Assembly (NCBI RefSeq): GCF_964204645.1
Contig: NC_134035.1
Coordinates: 13,176,451 to 13,240,450 of the forward strand
Direction: 5' to 3'
Length of the DNA stretch: 64,000 nucleotides
Source: Tubulanus polymorphus
Lineage: Eukaryota > Animalia > Nemertea
The stretch's first letter is position 1. Every line of letters begins with the position of its first letter. The notes beneath the pieces are model-generated. The model ran no database searches and was not told the DNA's origin. It worked only from the letters and a program-made list of their open reading frames with translations. Of this stretch, positions 45,642 to 59,912 are shown piece by piece. The translations under genes and the position numbers were made by a program.

Positions 45642-46057
45642 TTGCCCGTTGTAACTGAGTCACTCCACTCGGAGTCACCAACCCACTCAGCGGACTCTCT
45701 TCACGGCAATAAATCCCGAATACCAATCCAACACAATTAGCGGTAATCACATGACCGACGTGTGTCGTGTTAGACGACGTATTAACTATTACAGTCAGAT
45801 AGTTCTAGTCGATTAAATAACTCAGATGAGCGGTCACAGATTGGTGCAATCAGTGATAACATATCCCTGAGGGACAGATAGCGGCACAGTACCAATCCGG
45901 TACACACAGATCACCGCTACCTCGATAATCCACTCTCAATCTCAGCAAGGGACCGTTTCACAAAACAGATTACCAATCTGTCTCCAGAGCGTCGGTTTCG
46001 AGTTTTCTAATTACGAACAGATTTTTCGAAGAGATCAAGTCCTGAATCGAAGTTCAA

Positions 46058-46185
46058 GCGGCCTCGGTAGCTCAACGGAATTGGTCGACACTATCAGTGC
46101 TGAGTGACAAGTGGGCTCGAGTCCTGCAGTGTACGGGCATTTACTTGAAAAGGCTGCGGACCCGACGTGAGGTTAAATGAACAAT
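46058..46185 (+). mobile_element. tRNA-derived SINE-like element
   Basis: A-box GGTAGCTCAACGG, B-box GGCTCGAGTCC. Confidence 0.45.
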
Positions 46186-46781
46186 CGAACAGGGTCGGTC
46201 TCGGAAAAAACTAAGATCCGAACGATTTAAAGCTATAAGGAAACCGACGAACAAGTTGTTTGATTATGTTATCGTGATGTCTATAGTTTCTATCAGTGTA
46301 GCCCGGCATTGTCTTGATACCTCTTTCTCGCTTATATCATTTCCGTTCTAAAAAAATACCCCAATAATGCTTCATCTTAATGAAAATAAATCTCGATTCT
46401 ATATTCTATTCATGTCGGTGTTAACGAAAACCTTCTAAAAATCATCGAAATTGTTGTTAAAACTTTTTTCATTTTTCCTAGGTTTTCAACACGAATACTC
46501 GCGCACGTGATCACGTGATCACCGGTTTTAATGAGAAGCTTAAACGAAGCGCGAAGTTATTTCGGTATTTAAGTCGTCGTTTGACAAATGAACACGTTTT
46601 TCAACTATCGAAAATTAAATCGTTTTTAAGTCGAAAACGGATTTTTAAGACGCAATCTTGAACGAGGAGATGTCGCATTGAGTAATTAGCGATGCGCTGA
46701 AAGTTGGCGGGGGATTAGACAATATTGTTGATTAAAACAAATATCCTATGTAGAGAGTATACTGTGCGTTTAGCGTCCGGG

Positions 46782-47324
46782 ACTCAGGGTGGGTGGTCGA
46801 TCCGGGCTGGGATCTCAGGGTCAGTGGTAGGTCCGGGCTGGGATCTCAGGGTTAGTGGTAGATCCGGGCTGGGATCTCAGGGTGGGTGGTCGATCCGGGC
46901 TGGGATCTCAGGGTCAGTGGTAGATCCGGGCTGGGATCTCAGGGTCGGTGGTAGGTCCGGGCTGGGATCTCAGGGTGGGTGGTCGATCCGGGCTGGGATC
47001 TCAGGGTCAGTGGTAGATCCGGGCTGGGATCTCAGGGTCGGTGGTCGATCCGGGCTGGGATCTCAGGGTCAGTGGTAGATCCGGGCTGGGATCTCAGGGT
47101 CGGTGGTAGGTCCGGGCTGGGATCTCAGGGTCGGTGGTAGGTCCGGACTGGGATCTCAGGGTGGGTGGTAGGGCCGGGCTGGGATCTCAGGGTCAGTGGT
47201 AGATCCGGGCTGGGATCTCAGGGTCGGTGGTAGGTCCGGGCTGGGATCTCAGGGTCGGTGGTAGGTCCGGGCTGGGATCTCAGGGTCAGTGGTAGGGCCG
47301 TGCTGGGATCTCAGGGTCAGTGGT
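46782..47324. repeat. 31-bp G-rich minisatellite (~17 copies)
   Basis: GATCCGGGCTGGGATCTCAGGGTCAGTGGTA. Confidence 0.96.
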
Positions 47325-48157
47325 CGGTAGGATAAAAGATCCTCCCCAGGATCAGTCTCACTTGAGTGAATGAATGGAGATTTTCCCTAAGAACTCGTGT
47401 CGGTCGGGCGTCCGTGTCGAGTACGCAGCAGCTATAGTCGTGTAGTGAAAACGATCGCATCTCTAATAAAACTGAATGAATTTGTAAGATGAGATGACAG
47501 GGAGAGGGAGAGGGAGAGGGAGAGGGGAGATCGCTCGTCCAGTAGTAGTCCGGTTCAGGTGGAGGGCGATACATCATCCAGTAGTCTGAGGATATATGCG
47601 GACGGGAGAGAGAGGGAGTGAGCTAGGGGGGGGGGAGAAACCTATTAGATTAATACCGACGATAAGTAGATATTTAATCCGCTGATAATATCATAATAAA
47701 TATATACGGCTTCTGTTATATTAAAACCTAATAAAAGCTGATTAAATGGCGGAACGTTGAGTCGTGTTAGATTAAATCTGTCGAAACAAGACGCGTCGTC
47801 ATCAGCAACAATTCCTACAATCGACGACTGACAGAACGTCAGGTCAATGTAGAGTCGATTTATTCAAATTCACAGTGATGTAAGGTGAAATCTTTCACTC
47901 TCTTTGAGTCAGATAGAAGTCTTTAGGATGCAAGCTTTACTCAAATTGCTACAGGAAAATCGGCGTATATTTTCATCATTTTCTGTATATAGTAAACTGT
48001 ATATCAGTTATTGTCAGAGATACCAAATTAAACTCAGTTTAAACTGTTTCCTGAGTCCAGTTCCATCTTATTTTCCCTGACTGAACTGTAACTAAATAAT
48101 GATAATAGATACTAAACTTTAACTAAAAACATTAACATTCAATTGTTCCGTTCATCA

Positions 48158-48263
48158 GGGTCCGGTTCCATAGTTCTGAGTTAAGATTTGACTCAGATTC
48201 AACTCATTGAAAATGAACTGATTTTGACTTAGAGTTAACTCTAACTCACAACTTGAACCTGGG
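48158..48263. mobile_element. MITE family A copy
   Basis: GGGTCCGGTTCCATAGTTCTGAGTTAAG..GAGTTAACTCTAACTCACAACT. Confidence 0.65.
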
Positions 48264-48620
48264 GTAAATTGATTTTACCACACTGTATAAAGCCGACCCC
48301 TGGTGCTTTTTTTAACTAATCATTTAGATTTGTAGTTACATCACGGGTAGAGTTAGGTCACTGCGTTTATCGTGGTTTTAAACGTTTGGCAGAATTACGT
48401 GCAAATAATCACTTAATTGCGATGGATCAATAGCGCGTGCAGTTTATCTGAATGAGAGTTTAATGGTTCTACATTTTATGATACTATTTATCGTTTATTG
48501 AACTGGTTATCAGTGAAGACTGCACAGTAAATAAAGCGTTATATTTGCGGTAATGACAAATCAATGTTAATCATTTCAACGGTTTGTGAAAACTATCAGA
48601 CCGATTAAACATTCGAGTTA

Positions 48621-48880
48621 CTCCCTCCTCTCTCCTCTCCTCATCTCTCCTCTCTCCTCTTCTCCCACTCCCCCTCTCCCTCTCCTCTTTCATCTCCTCC
48701 CTCTCTTCCCTCTCCTCTCTCTCATCTCCATCTCCCTCCTCCCTCTCGCTCTCGCTCTCGCCCACCCTCTCTCTCCCCTCTCTCTACTCTCTCCTCTCTC
48801 CCCACCCCCATTCTCCTCTCTCCCTTATCTCACCTCTCTCTCTCCTCTCACTTCCGCTCCCCCTCTCTCTCCTCCCCCCG
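48621..48880. repeat. CT-rich low-complexity tract
   Basis: Directly visible. Confidence 0.9.
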
Positions 48881-50085
48881 TTTACTGATGACTTTCCCAT
48901 GTCAGTGACATCGTTCATTTCACAATTACAAACAATACTTTACGAACGATGTGACGAGCAACACAATAAACACGTCATTTCATAACCGCGATGCATCCCA
49001 GCGATTTACGGAAAATAATCGGGAAAAAATCACTATTTCTGAATTGACGCGTGTGTTTGAGGTCATTAAGAACAAAATGATGGATCATTGTCGACAGGAA
49101 TATCGTGTCATGAGCTGCAGCCACGGGGCGATGTTTTATAGTTACGAGTTCGTAACTTCTCCCGGTGTCCATCAACTTGAATTACATCGCTTTGTTTTCT
49201 CCATATAATTTTCTAACGTAATTCAAATCGTGAATGAAGAAATGACAAAAAAAATCACTATTCGGGGTTGAAATGTGCTCAATGAACGTTAAAGATTCTA
49301 AAATCCTATGACGTACTCATCTTAGTCGTGGTCTCTACTATCCTCGGGGCTAACCAGGCCAGAGCCAAGGCTTAGATGTCGAGACTTTGTCCCCTCGCAG
49401 ACCGAGGGAGCACGAAACAGTACACAAACCGATACACAAATATATAATTGAATTCTGATCGACTGGTTGTTACTTGGAAATAAGAATATTTCCGCAGCCA
49501 CCGCGACCACGATAACGCGTACAGCATGTAGGCTATCGTTAACCTTGCTATTTTCAAGTATTCGCTATATCGGGCAATTGATATTTCTTAGACTCTCCCG
49601 ATGAAGGGTGATATTGATATATCACGCGTGATATATCGAAGTCCACCTGATATTGCTAAATTACTAGAAACGCTTGTCACAATGACGTTTAGTGTGTGTG
49701 ATTAGTACCTGTTATTGTTTTAGTATCGGCACGTCGACGGTTTATACATCTCGCCTCGCTAGAATAATAAGACGCCGGTTTTTGCGGCTCGGAGATTCGC
49801 CGACTATTCGTAATCACCGGGTAGAGCTATACCTCACTCATCTTAAAACTGTGTCGTTCTTTTTACATTGAGTTGACTCATTTACCCGATAAAGTAGCGA
49901 AAAAAAAACTTGTGATGGTAATTAGAATCAGGTTCAGGGTGTCGCAGTGATCTGCGTGGCTCTACGATCCAAGTGTACCTAACCACCCGGTAACGAGTAT
50001 TCGCCGGTGCGAATTCTACTTCACGGAAAGTGGCCAGATTTTAGACGAAAAAGGTGTCTGCGTTACATCAAACACTCGGTGAATG

Positions 50086-50120
50086 CTTGGAGTAATCATT
50101 TGACAAATGATTACTCCAAG
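50086..50120. mobile_element. 35-bp perfect palindromic mini-element with 7-bp TSD
   Basis: GTGAATG|CTTGGAGTAATCATTTG-A-CAAATGATTACTCCAAG|GTGAATG. Confidence 0.7.
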
Positions 50121-51412
50121 GTGAATGTTACTGTTGAACTGCTCCGGGTTTCACAATGTGGAGGAATTAATGAATGATTGATATTTGAACGGGCGCGATG
50201 GTTGAGGAAAGATTAACTCCGATTCCGATGTGGCAGATGTCTAATACAAAAATTAATCCTCTGTCACCAGCACCACCAACCACACGTGAGACGGAGAGAG
50301 AGAGGGGAAAATATCTCAATCCGAATTAAAAACAATGCTCAGGTGCAATGACGTCTAAAATCTGTCAAAACACATAAAGAATTGATTCGCCTTATATCAC
50401 ACACATCTAGAAATACGGATACATGGATAGACCATAATATGGAGTCTAAACACTTAAGAGCCGTCTTTGATCTCACCGCTGTAGGATCCGAGCGATAGGT
50501 TTCTGGGGATCTAAAGATCCCTAAACACAATCCGCAGTTTTTGTAGATTTCTTTGGCCCGGTTGAGGAATTTCTGTCTTGGCAAATGACAAAACATAGGA
50601 GGGGGCCGGGCCTGCCGGCACCGCCTATAGATTCGTTTTTTTTAAGAGCGTGTATGACCATGAAACATAAATGTTTGAGTCAAGTTTTTCAGTCTCGACT
50701 TAAACCCAAAAGTGGTGTTAGATCCTAAGAATCGTATTAAGTTGATAGAAAAGGAAGTTGCTGTTATACTGGTTTTAATGCTGGTAATAATCAGACCTGT
50801 GGAACTGACCCCTTATTGTTGTAGTGATTATTGTTGTTTTGATACTGGAATTCAAAACAAAAAAAATATAAAAAGAGAATTCAGCCGTGTACCAAACACA
50901 AAACAGAGTCAGAAAAATGTCCGGTATTTAGAATTAGCCAATCAGCGCGGAGTGTGTTAGACTAGCCGCCACCGAGGAAAGACGATGTCGAAATTAGTTC
51001 GCTGTTTTTTCTGACCGGTAAATGAAGGAAGCGTAAAGGATGTCACGTTTAGGAAGAGAGAAAGAGAGAGTTAGTGAAGAGGGAAGAGAGAGAGAGAGCT
51101 AGTGAGAGTGCGGTAGAGTGATGCGGTGCGTAATGAACTCGATTCATTGATGTAAGAACAGGGAGGGAGATGAGGGGAGGGATGAAGGAGAGGGGAGGGG
51201 AGAGGGGGAGGGTGCGCTCAGTGATCACTGATCAAAGACTATAGCACTATATCCCGTACTGTATCAAACGATAAGCGTCAAATTGACGCGTAGTTACTGG
51301 ACTCGACACTAAACAGAGATCAACTGATTCTGGCACCTGCTCAACTTAGAAAACTAGATGAAGAATGATGAATCGAGGAGTCAGCTGGATGTATGCAGGG
51401 CTCACACTAGCT

Positions 51413-51890
51413 TTAAGACCAGTTTAAGCTCATTTTGGTTCTATAACCAATCTAACAACTTGAGACCAGTCGGTTTTGGTTCTATAGCCAATCTAACAAC
51501 AACTTGAGACCATTCTAAGCTCATTTTAGTTCTATAACCGATCTAACAACTTGAGACCAGTCTGTTTTGGTTCTATAGCCAATCTAACAACAACTTGAGA
51601 CCATTCTAAGCTCATTTTGGTTCTATAACCAATCTAACAACTTGAGACCAGTCTAAGCTCATTTCGGTTCTATAACCAATCTAACAACTTGAGACCAGTC
51701 TGTTTTGGTTCTATAGCCAATCTAATAACAACTTGAGGCCATTCTAAGCTAATTTTGGTTCAAAAACCAATCAAGCAACTTAAGACTAGTCTAAGCTCAT
51801 CTTATATTTCTAAAGCCAATAAGACCAGTCTAAACTCATTTTGGTTTTTATTTGGTTCTATAACAAATCTGCCAACATAAGACCAGTTTT
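51413..51890. repeat. 47-bp MITE-derived satellite (alternating length variants)
   Basis: Same unit as 17420-17972. Confidence 0.9.
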
Positions 51891-53020
51891 ACGATTGGCT
51901 ATTTTGAAGTGAAGACACTGCAGTGTAACTCGGCGTTAATTGAGTCGGGATTATATGTCGATAACGCAACATGTGTGGCGGTTATGAGGTTGTATGAATC
52001 TGCAGTAACGTGAGGCGGTTAATTATTGTCCCGTTACAGCCCGATTGACAAGTTCGAAGACAACGGACTCTTTTCAAATACACGCTCTACAAGAGACACT
52101 GTGTTAATTACAAACTGTTTCGCGCGGGACATCAATTTGTCAATTATATTCAGACGCACACGTATATCGATATTTTGGCTTAAGGCTACATAGCTATAGA
52201 TTACTATATGAGGTAGTAGACCTAACTCTTCTGAAGACAGTTGCATTACCCATTGATAAACGGTTCCGTATTACTCGTTACAAGCAGTTGTGCATAATAA
52301 CCACAAGTGATAAACGCTTCCGCAGATATATGTCATTTTGTTCAATTCAAGTCTCATCTGATAAACATAACTTTTCCCTGCTTGCTTTGACACTCCAGAG
52401 CGCAGCGCTTTGAACTTTGTCTCTGAAATAACGTATTTTAGTGTAGTCTTAGTTCACCCAGTCCTGGCAGTGGTTATCTACACAGTGATCTCCGTCGCTC
52501 TACGATCCTAGCGTCTGTGGTACATCAGACGCTGAGGTTCTTGGTGAAAATATTTACGCTGACTATCAATATGAAGAATGGCATCTAATTTTTTTCTATA
52601 CCGTCGATTGTTCAGCCCACGTCCAGTCAGAAAAACAAGTCTCATCCATTGATAAATTGCGCCTAGGTACTAGAGCCACCAGTTCTACAGATTTTATACA
52701 GTAATAAGGGGATGTCATCAGGCATATGTTATCTAGGATTATCACCTCCTCCGAATATGAAGGTCGCAGATCGGCGATTTCTCAGAATTGCATTCTGGTC
52801 AGTATCACTGTGGTCACCACGTATCACATTACGCCCTAAGATGACTTGTAAGAAATAACCGCATAATCAATCATTTATTTTCTGTATCTCGCCATAAAAA
52901 GCGTCACAATCTTGATTGCAATTAATGATAATGTCGGCTTCGCGTACGTGGCATCGAAAGCACGAGAGCCGCGAGAAACAACACGAATACGTCCATCTAT
53001 CATCGCGCAGTCGCTGATGT

Positions 53021-53100
53021 GACTTCGGGTTATTTCGTAGTACCGAGCAGCAGGGGTATGTGACGTCATCAAAGATGGTGGATTTACGCGCAAAAAACTA
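53021..53100 (+). repeat. Dispersed ~80-bp repeat (second copy ~57228-57307)
   Basis: GACTTCGGGTTATTTCGTAG..TGACGTCA..AAGATGGTGGAT..GCGCAAAAAACT. Confidence 0.7.
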
Positions 53101-53232
53101 ATTTTCAGTTAATGCGGCTTCGGGTTATTCCGTGTGGCTGGGATAATTCATCGAGAGATAACTTTTATACCCAATCAATAAATCTGGATCATTCCTTCCC
53201 AGACATTCATACACAGTCTGTAAAGATAATCT

Positions 53233-54113
53233 TTGATACCCAGTCCAGGAGACTGAATTCTTGATACCCAGTCCAGGAGACTGAATCCTTGATACCCAGT
53301 CCAGGAGACTGAATCCTTGATACCCAGTCCAGGAGACTGAATCCTTGATACCCAGTCCAGGAGACTGAATCCTTGATACCTAGTCCAGGAGACTGAATCC
53401 TTGATACCCAGTCCAGGAGACTGAATCCTTGATACCCAGTCCAGGAGACTGAATCCTTGATACCCAGTCCAGGAGACTGTATCCTTGATACCCAGTCCAG
53501 GAGACTGAATCCTTGATACCCAGTCCAGGAGACTGAATCCTTGATACCCAGTCCAGGAGATTGAATCCTTGATACCCAGTCCAGGAGATTGAATCCTTGA
53601 TACCCAGTCCAGGAGACTGAATCCTTGATACCCAGTCCAGGAGACTGAATCCTTGATACCCAGTCCAGGAGATTGAATCCTTGATACCCAGTCCAGGAGA
53701 TTGAATCCTTGATACCCAGTCCAGGAGACTGAATCCTTGATACCCAGTCCAGGAGACTGAATCCTTGATACCCAGTCCAGGAGACTGTATCCTTGATACC
53801 CAGTCCAGGAGACTGAATCCTTGATACCCAGTCCAGGAGACTGAATCCTTGATACCCAGTCCAGGAGATTGAATCCTTGATACCCAGTCCAGGAGATTGA
53901 ATCCTTGATACCCAGTCCAGGAGACTGAATCCTTGATACCCAGTCCAGGAGACTGAATCCTTGATACCCAGTCCAGGAGATTGAATCCTTGATACCCAGT
54001 CCAGGAGATTGAATCCTTGATACCCAGTCCAGGAGACTGAATCCTTGATACCCAGTCCAGGAGACTGAATCCTTGATACCTAGTTTAGGAGACTGAATCC
54101 TTGATACCTAGTC
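53233..54113. repeat. 28-bp minisatellite (~31 copies)
   Basis: TTGATACCCAGTCCAGGAGACTGAATCC. Confidence 0.97.
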
Positions 54114-54256
54114 TACGAAGCCATGAAACTTCTCTCCCTTCGGTCTCTTCATACACACGTTCGATGCAATCTTTTATACCGTGGTAATTATTGTCATAAC
54201 CTTAATGATATAGAGCGCTACGAAAGAATTGTAACCGATCTATAACAGATCTACTA

Positions 54257-54261
54257 GCGGC

Positions 54262-54302
<41 letters not shown>
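54257..54302. repeat. (GCT)n trinucleotide repeat
   Basis: Directly visible. Confidence 0.95.
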
Positions 54303-54304
<2 letters not shown>

Positions 54305-54735
54305 TCTGGGGCTATACGTATTTCTAATTAGATACTGATTAATACTAAACGATCAGTGGCCGCCGATAAATGGTCAATAGAACATATTTATCAACGCTTT
54401 ACGATAAATCAGTTCGAACCGGCGGTAATGAGAACCAACACGTAATAGTTGCTATTATAACCCGGAACGTTATATAGTAATGCAATAATTTCCATCAGCG
54501 AATATAGAAATATCGGAGTGATTATTACAACTACAGAAGGATAGATTTAAGATCACCGTGATTACTGCACGGATAAATCTATATAATCTATATAACTTAA
54601 TGATGTGGTGTGATATTGCTAAATACGTTATAGCATCAGAATCGTTCATACTGATGACGAATGAAACACTAATCCGTGTTAACTGTAGATTGATGAAAAT
54701 GTCCCGCAATAGATTCTTAATGATAGAATCTATTG

Positions 54736-55050
54736 AATCGAAAGCACAAATTTCAGCTGTTGACTAACGGCCATCAACATCCACCCGATGATGGCTGTTA
54801 GTCAACAGTCGAAGCGTTGTGGTTTCATTTTATTAAACGATTAAACGAATAACCTTTTTGGCATCTATTTAACGAAGGCTGATAGTTGTAGCTTCGTATA
54901 AACTATTATGAATTCTTAACATAAAACTTAAAACACCTGAAGGAACCCGACCCAACTGCATATGTTAACATTCATTACATTTGTAGATTACTATATTATG
55001 GTAACGATAAACCATTTAATTCTGAACTTTAAGATTTCGCTTTCCAATAT
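54736..55050 (+). repeat. ~315-bp near-identical direct repeat, copy 1, with internal hairpin
   Basis: Matches 58501-58832 apart from one ~17-nt indel and a few substitutions. Confidence 0.9.
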
Positions 55051-56079
55051 GTTTGGCATATAGATATGCAATCTATCTCTTTTGACTCAATTCAATTGAA
55101 ACTATTTGAGGCATTTCTATGAAAAAGAATCTTTATGTAACTCTACGTCAATTATCATCATTTTATGTATTTTTTCAATTTATGAAATACGTAGCTGAAG
55201 GCGGAATTGGTGGAGGGGAAAGGGGAGAACATATGGGGGTGGCAGAAACCAAATCACAAGAAACAGGATCCGATGATGAAGGAAAGGGCGATGAAATTTG
55301 TGCCGGTCTTATTTGCCTTTATCGAAGAAGACCCATAAAAAAACGATGGCAGTGTCATCAGCGTCGACACTTCGCTCGTTCGGGGCAGATTGCTGTCAGT
55401 TTTGTTTTTTATCGTTACTACTCGCAAACCGGATGAACTATCTATAATACAAAAGATAAATTTACAAATAATGACGTCATTAGGTGTGTACCACCGCCGA
55501 AATGTATAAATAACGCGAGCACGGGCGGTGCCAGTGACGTCACACACAGTAAAACAAGACGACAACTGACGATACATGCACAGACGAAATCTCGCGTATT
55601 CTCGCATGAGGCGCGAGACGTCGACGACGAGATTTCAAAGCTAATCATCGGTAGAACGATTGGTAATAACGACGCTCGGCGAGCGAGGCTATCAATCTTT
55701 GTTGATTTCCGATCGAGTTAATAGGTTTGACTTGTTGTGGATTATAGTTAAATCTGTGACAGTGTTTGTACTCTGATTGCCACTCGTCATTCAACTCGAC
55801 ACAAAACTACGACACGCCGGGGATTTTTTGTCCTTCGTTTCTCATTCGAATAATCAGGTGTTAACTGTGAGAGCTCTTCGCGACACTGCTCCTCAATAAA
55901 CCGTTTACACAAATCGATTTCGCATATTGCGAGTGCGCGCGCGTCGTCTTTTAAAAACGTTCTGAAACATCAGATCGAAGTTTTTTTTGGTCGAGAATTG
56001 GGAAAGTTCAATCATTCGTTCAAAAGAGTGTATAATGAGAATTTTGATTTTCAAATTTTTAAGATTGCTAGATCGACTA

Positions 56080-56430
56080 TCGAACCAAAATGAGTTCAGT
56101 CTGGTCTGAAAGTTATTAGATTGGTTATGGAACTAAAATGAGCTTAGTTTAGTCTTCAGCTGTTAGATTGGTTATAGAACCAAAACGATCGTAGACTGGT
56201 CCAAACTTGTTAGATTGGTCATAGAACAAACAATGATCTTTGGTATTGAATTGTTTGCTTGGCTATAGAACCAAAATGGTATTTAAGTTGTTATATTGTT
56301 TATAGAACTAAAATGAGCTCAGACTGGTCTTCAGCTGTTAGATTGGTTATAGAACCAAAATTATCTTAAACTTTAGGTCTTTAGTTGTTTGCTTGAAATG
56401 ATCTTTGACGAGTCTTGAGTTGTTAGATAA
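56080..56430. repeat. Decayed 47-bp MITE-derived satellite
   Basis: TTAGATTGGTTATAGAACCAAAATGAGC variants. Confidence 0.8.
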
Positions 56431-57567
56431 GTTTCGGCTGATCTTAAGTCTAAGGCTTGATTGTGCGGCATGTTCCAGCAGAAAAAAATGCTCATGATGG
56501 TGTCATGCAAGTCAAATCAGGGAGGGAAACATCCCTATCAAATCAAAGTCTTTATCGAATCAAAGAACAAGAGAATGACCGCCTTAATGAACTAAGAATA
56601 CTTGCATCTAGCAATCAGAGATCAGACAATCGTCATCAGACAGCACAGTACAGGTGATGGTCAAACGAACTACCGCTACTAAACGACGAACATCAAATCC
56701 GGCGTAATTGCTTGACTTCAGCAGCAACCCCCGATTGAGAACGGTATAACTCATTCGTCGAATTATTGTATTAATCGCCGTATTTTTTTCCCCTGTATAA
56801 ATAATTATCATTCGAATAATCGGTATTTCGTGAAAGATTCCCGAACTAACGACGGTAAGAGTGTAATTTACTCGACAATATCGGTCATAATTTATAATGA
56901 TTCTTCCGGTGAAAATAATGCGCTTTGATCTATAAAGACGACTCGAACCAACTAAAATATTCATGGCTTCTTAGATCAGACTGTCGCTCGTAAATTAGGT
57001 ATTTATGCCCGCCGATATTAAACCCTTGTCCGGCAGCATCGCACGCGCACTGTTGCCGCTCTCCGTGAGTTCCTGTAGGTAGCATCACACCTGAACTGGG
57101 CTTTAATTATTAATTCGTGTTAAACTACCGCAGTGTCACGAAACAGAATAACCCAGTAAAATAAATGATTGATTATTAAGAAATAAATAACACGAATATA
57201 TATATCACCGTCGCACTTCGAAGTAATGACTTCGGGTTATTTCGTAGGTCGAGCGGCAGGGAGAAATGACGTCACACAAGATGGTGGATCTTGCGCGCAA
57301 AAAACTGAATGATGATCTTCTCTCATTCTCAAACCTTCTCAGACCTTTTCATAATGATGAGTCGTTAACGACGACCTTCTCGTTGTCAATGACTTCAGCG
57401 ATTCGGTAAAATGGTGATTACTTTCTTAACGATTCGTCATTTCGTCATTTGAATTTTCAACTTTTCAGTTATGAAAGTTTCAGTAATGTCGCTCCTAGCA
57501 TCGAACGCATGAATAAGGATATATCATTATGAAGTCTGTAACTTTTTTCGAAGCATCCTATTCCTGT

Positions 57568-57831
57568 CCCCTCCCTCTCTCTCTCCCTATCCCTCTACCC
57601 TCTACCCTCTCCATCTCCGTCTCCGTCTCCGTCTGCCTCTGCCTCTGCCTCTGCCTCTCCCTCTCCCTCTCCCTCTCCCTCTCTCTCTCCCTCTCCCTCG
57701 CTCCCTCGCTCCCTCGCTCCCTCGCTCCCTCTCCCTCTCCCTCTCCCTCTCCCTCACTCCCTCTCCCTCTCCCTCACTCCCTCTCCCTCTCCGTCTCCGT
57801 CTCCGTCTCCCTCTCCCTCTCCCTCTCGCTC
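57568..57831. repeat. (CTCCCT)n-type pyrimidine tract
   Basis: Directly visible. Confidence 0.93.
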
Positions 57832-58500
57832 TAATTTTTTCTTATGTAATCTGTTGACAGACGACGGTGAGAAGAAATTGTATTTATTGACTAAAAAGAA
57901 ACCGTGTTTATCGTAGAGCAGCGTTCGGCTGTCGTTCTGTCGTTCTGTCTAGATGCCGGTTGTACGTTGTAACACGAACTGTTAGCTGTCGTATTTCAGT
58001 AATTCTTTCATAACCAATGAACTAGGGAGAAACATGAAACTGACTATAATTTGAGAATGAGTGAGAAGAGAGAGAAAGAAAGAAGCGAGAATGCTGAGAT
58101 GTTGGGTGCTGAATCTACGACGAATAATGGCGTCGTGTGTCTTCATACGCCCAGTGGCGAAACGTATTTAGGTAGATAGTTTTTTCTAGGGGAAACAAGT
58201 ACAAAACTACAAGCAAAACGGTGTGGATAAAACTTGCACAACTTGGGGGGGGGATCTTTCTTTAAAGGATGATTTACTTCTACGTTTGATATAGAACCCG
58301 TGCCAAAAAACGTCGAAGGAGGTCTTTTAACTATTCAGATCCTACTCTTCGGAATTGATTATAACCTCGTAACAAAAGACAATCTCCATCTGTCTCAGCC
58401 TTAAAATCCAGATTGAAAACACTGTTCTTTTTATAAACACCTATACGGTGATTAGTTTTTAACTTGTAATATAAGAAATCCAGTTTTAGAATGTGATACA

Positions 58501-58832
58501 AATCGAAAGCACAAATTTCAGCTGTTGACTAACGGCCATCAACATCCACCCGATGATGGCTGTTAGTCAACAGTCGAAGCGTTGTGGTTTCATTTTATTA
58601 AACGATTAAACGAATTTTAAAATTCTATTGTGCGACCTTTTTGGCATCTATTTAACGAAGGCTGATAGTTGTAGCTTCGTATAAAATATTATGAATTCTT
58701 AACATAAACTTAAAACACCTGAAGGAACCCGACCCAACTGCATGTGTTAACATTCATTACATTTGTAGATTACTATATTATGGTAACGATAAACCATTTA
58801 ATTCTGAACTTTAAGAATTCGCTTTCCAATAT
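58501..58832 (+). repeat. ~330-bp direct repeat, copy 2
   Basis: Matches 54736-55050. Confidence 0.9.
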
Positions 58833-59534
58833 ATGTATAAGAAAATATGCTATTATTATATTATCATCATTACTTTTATCATTACATTATCAAATTGATA
58901 ATAACCATATCTACAGAGTAATGTCTGTACTTTATGTAAGATGAGAAAATAGATTCATTTTTAAGAAGATATCCGATTTGCTCGAATCTGTCGCTTTTCG
59001 AGAGGATAAATTTCGCGTGTATGTTTCACACGACGGGTACTCAGCGATATTCATACAGACTACACGCGTTTCCTGTTTATCAATATGCGGAAATTCCAAG
59101 GCAAAATTTGACGTAAAACCATTAAACACAACTCTCTTAAAACTGATAGAAAACGGATACAACAATAGATAACACATGATTTTTCGATTTTCGAATGCGC
59201 TAAGAACAATTCTAAAGTGTGGTTCTTGAAACTAAACCCCGCTAGTCTACTTGATGTCGTCAAGGATCTAACAACGTGTGAATTTAAGGGCTCTCGTCGT
59301 GGTAAGGTTAAAACTTGAAAAAACGTAATTATTCATTTTAAACAAGTATTTCATTATCATTTGCAGTAGGATCCAGCGGTTCATAATTCGAGTTAACTCT
59401 GAGTTCGAATTTAAGATTCGATGAATTTACTCTGAAGCCAATCCACAGTTCCGAGCTCAACTCAGAGTGAAAACATCGAAAATGGAGTAATCTTAACTCT
59501 AACTCACAGCTGTAGTACTGGGTTCAGAAATTTC

Positions 59535-59912
59535 GAACTGTGGAACTGAGTCCAGAACTGTGGAACTGGTTCCAGAACACCGTGGAACCGGGGTCTTAAC
59601 TGTGAAACTGGGTTCGAACTGTGGAAATGAGTCCAGAACTCTGTGGAACTGAGTACAGAACTGTGGAACTGAGTATAGAACACTGTGGAACTGGGTCCTG
59701 AACTGTGGAACTGAGAACATAACTGTGGAACTGAGTACAGAACTGTGGAACTGAGTCCAGAACAGTGTGGAACTGGGTCCAGAACTGTGAAACTGAGTAC
59801 AGAACTGTGGAACTGGAACCTGAACTGTGGAACTGGATCCAGAACTGTGGAACTGTGTCCAGAACTGTGGAACTGAGAACAGAACTGTGGAACTGGAACC
59901 TGAACTGTGGAG
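59535..59912. repeat. 20-bp TIR-derived minisatellite (reverse orientation) attached to a MITE A right end
   Basis: AGAACTGTGGAACTGAGTCC variants directly following TCTTAACTCTAACTCACAGCTGT. Confidence 0.9.
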
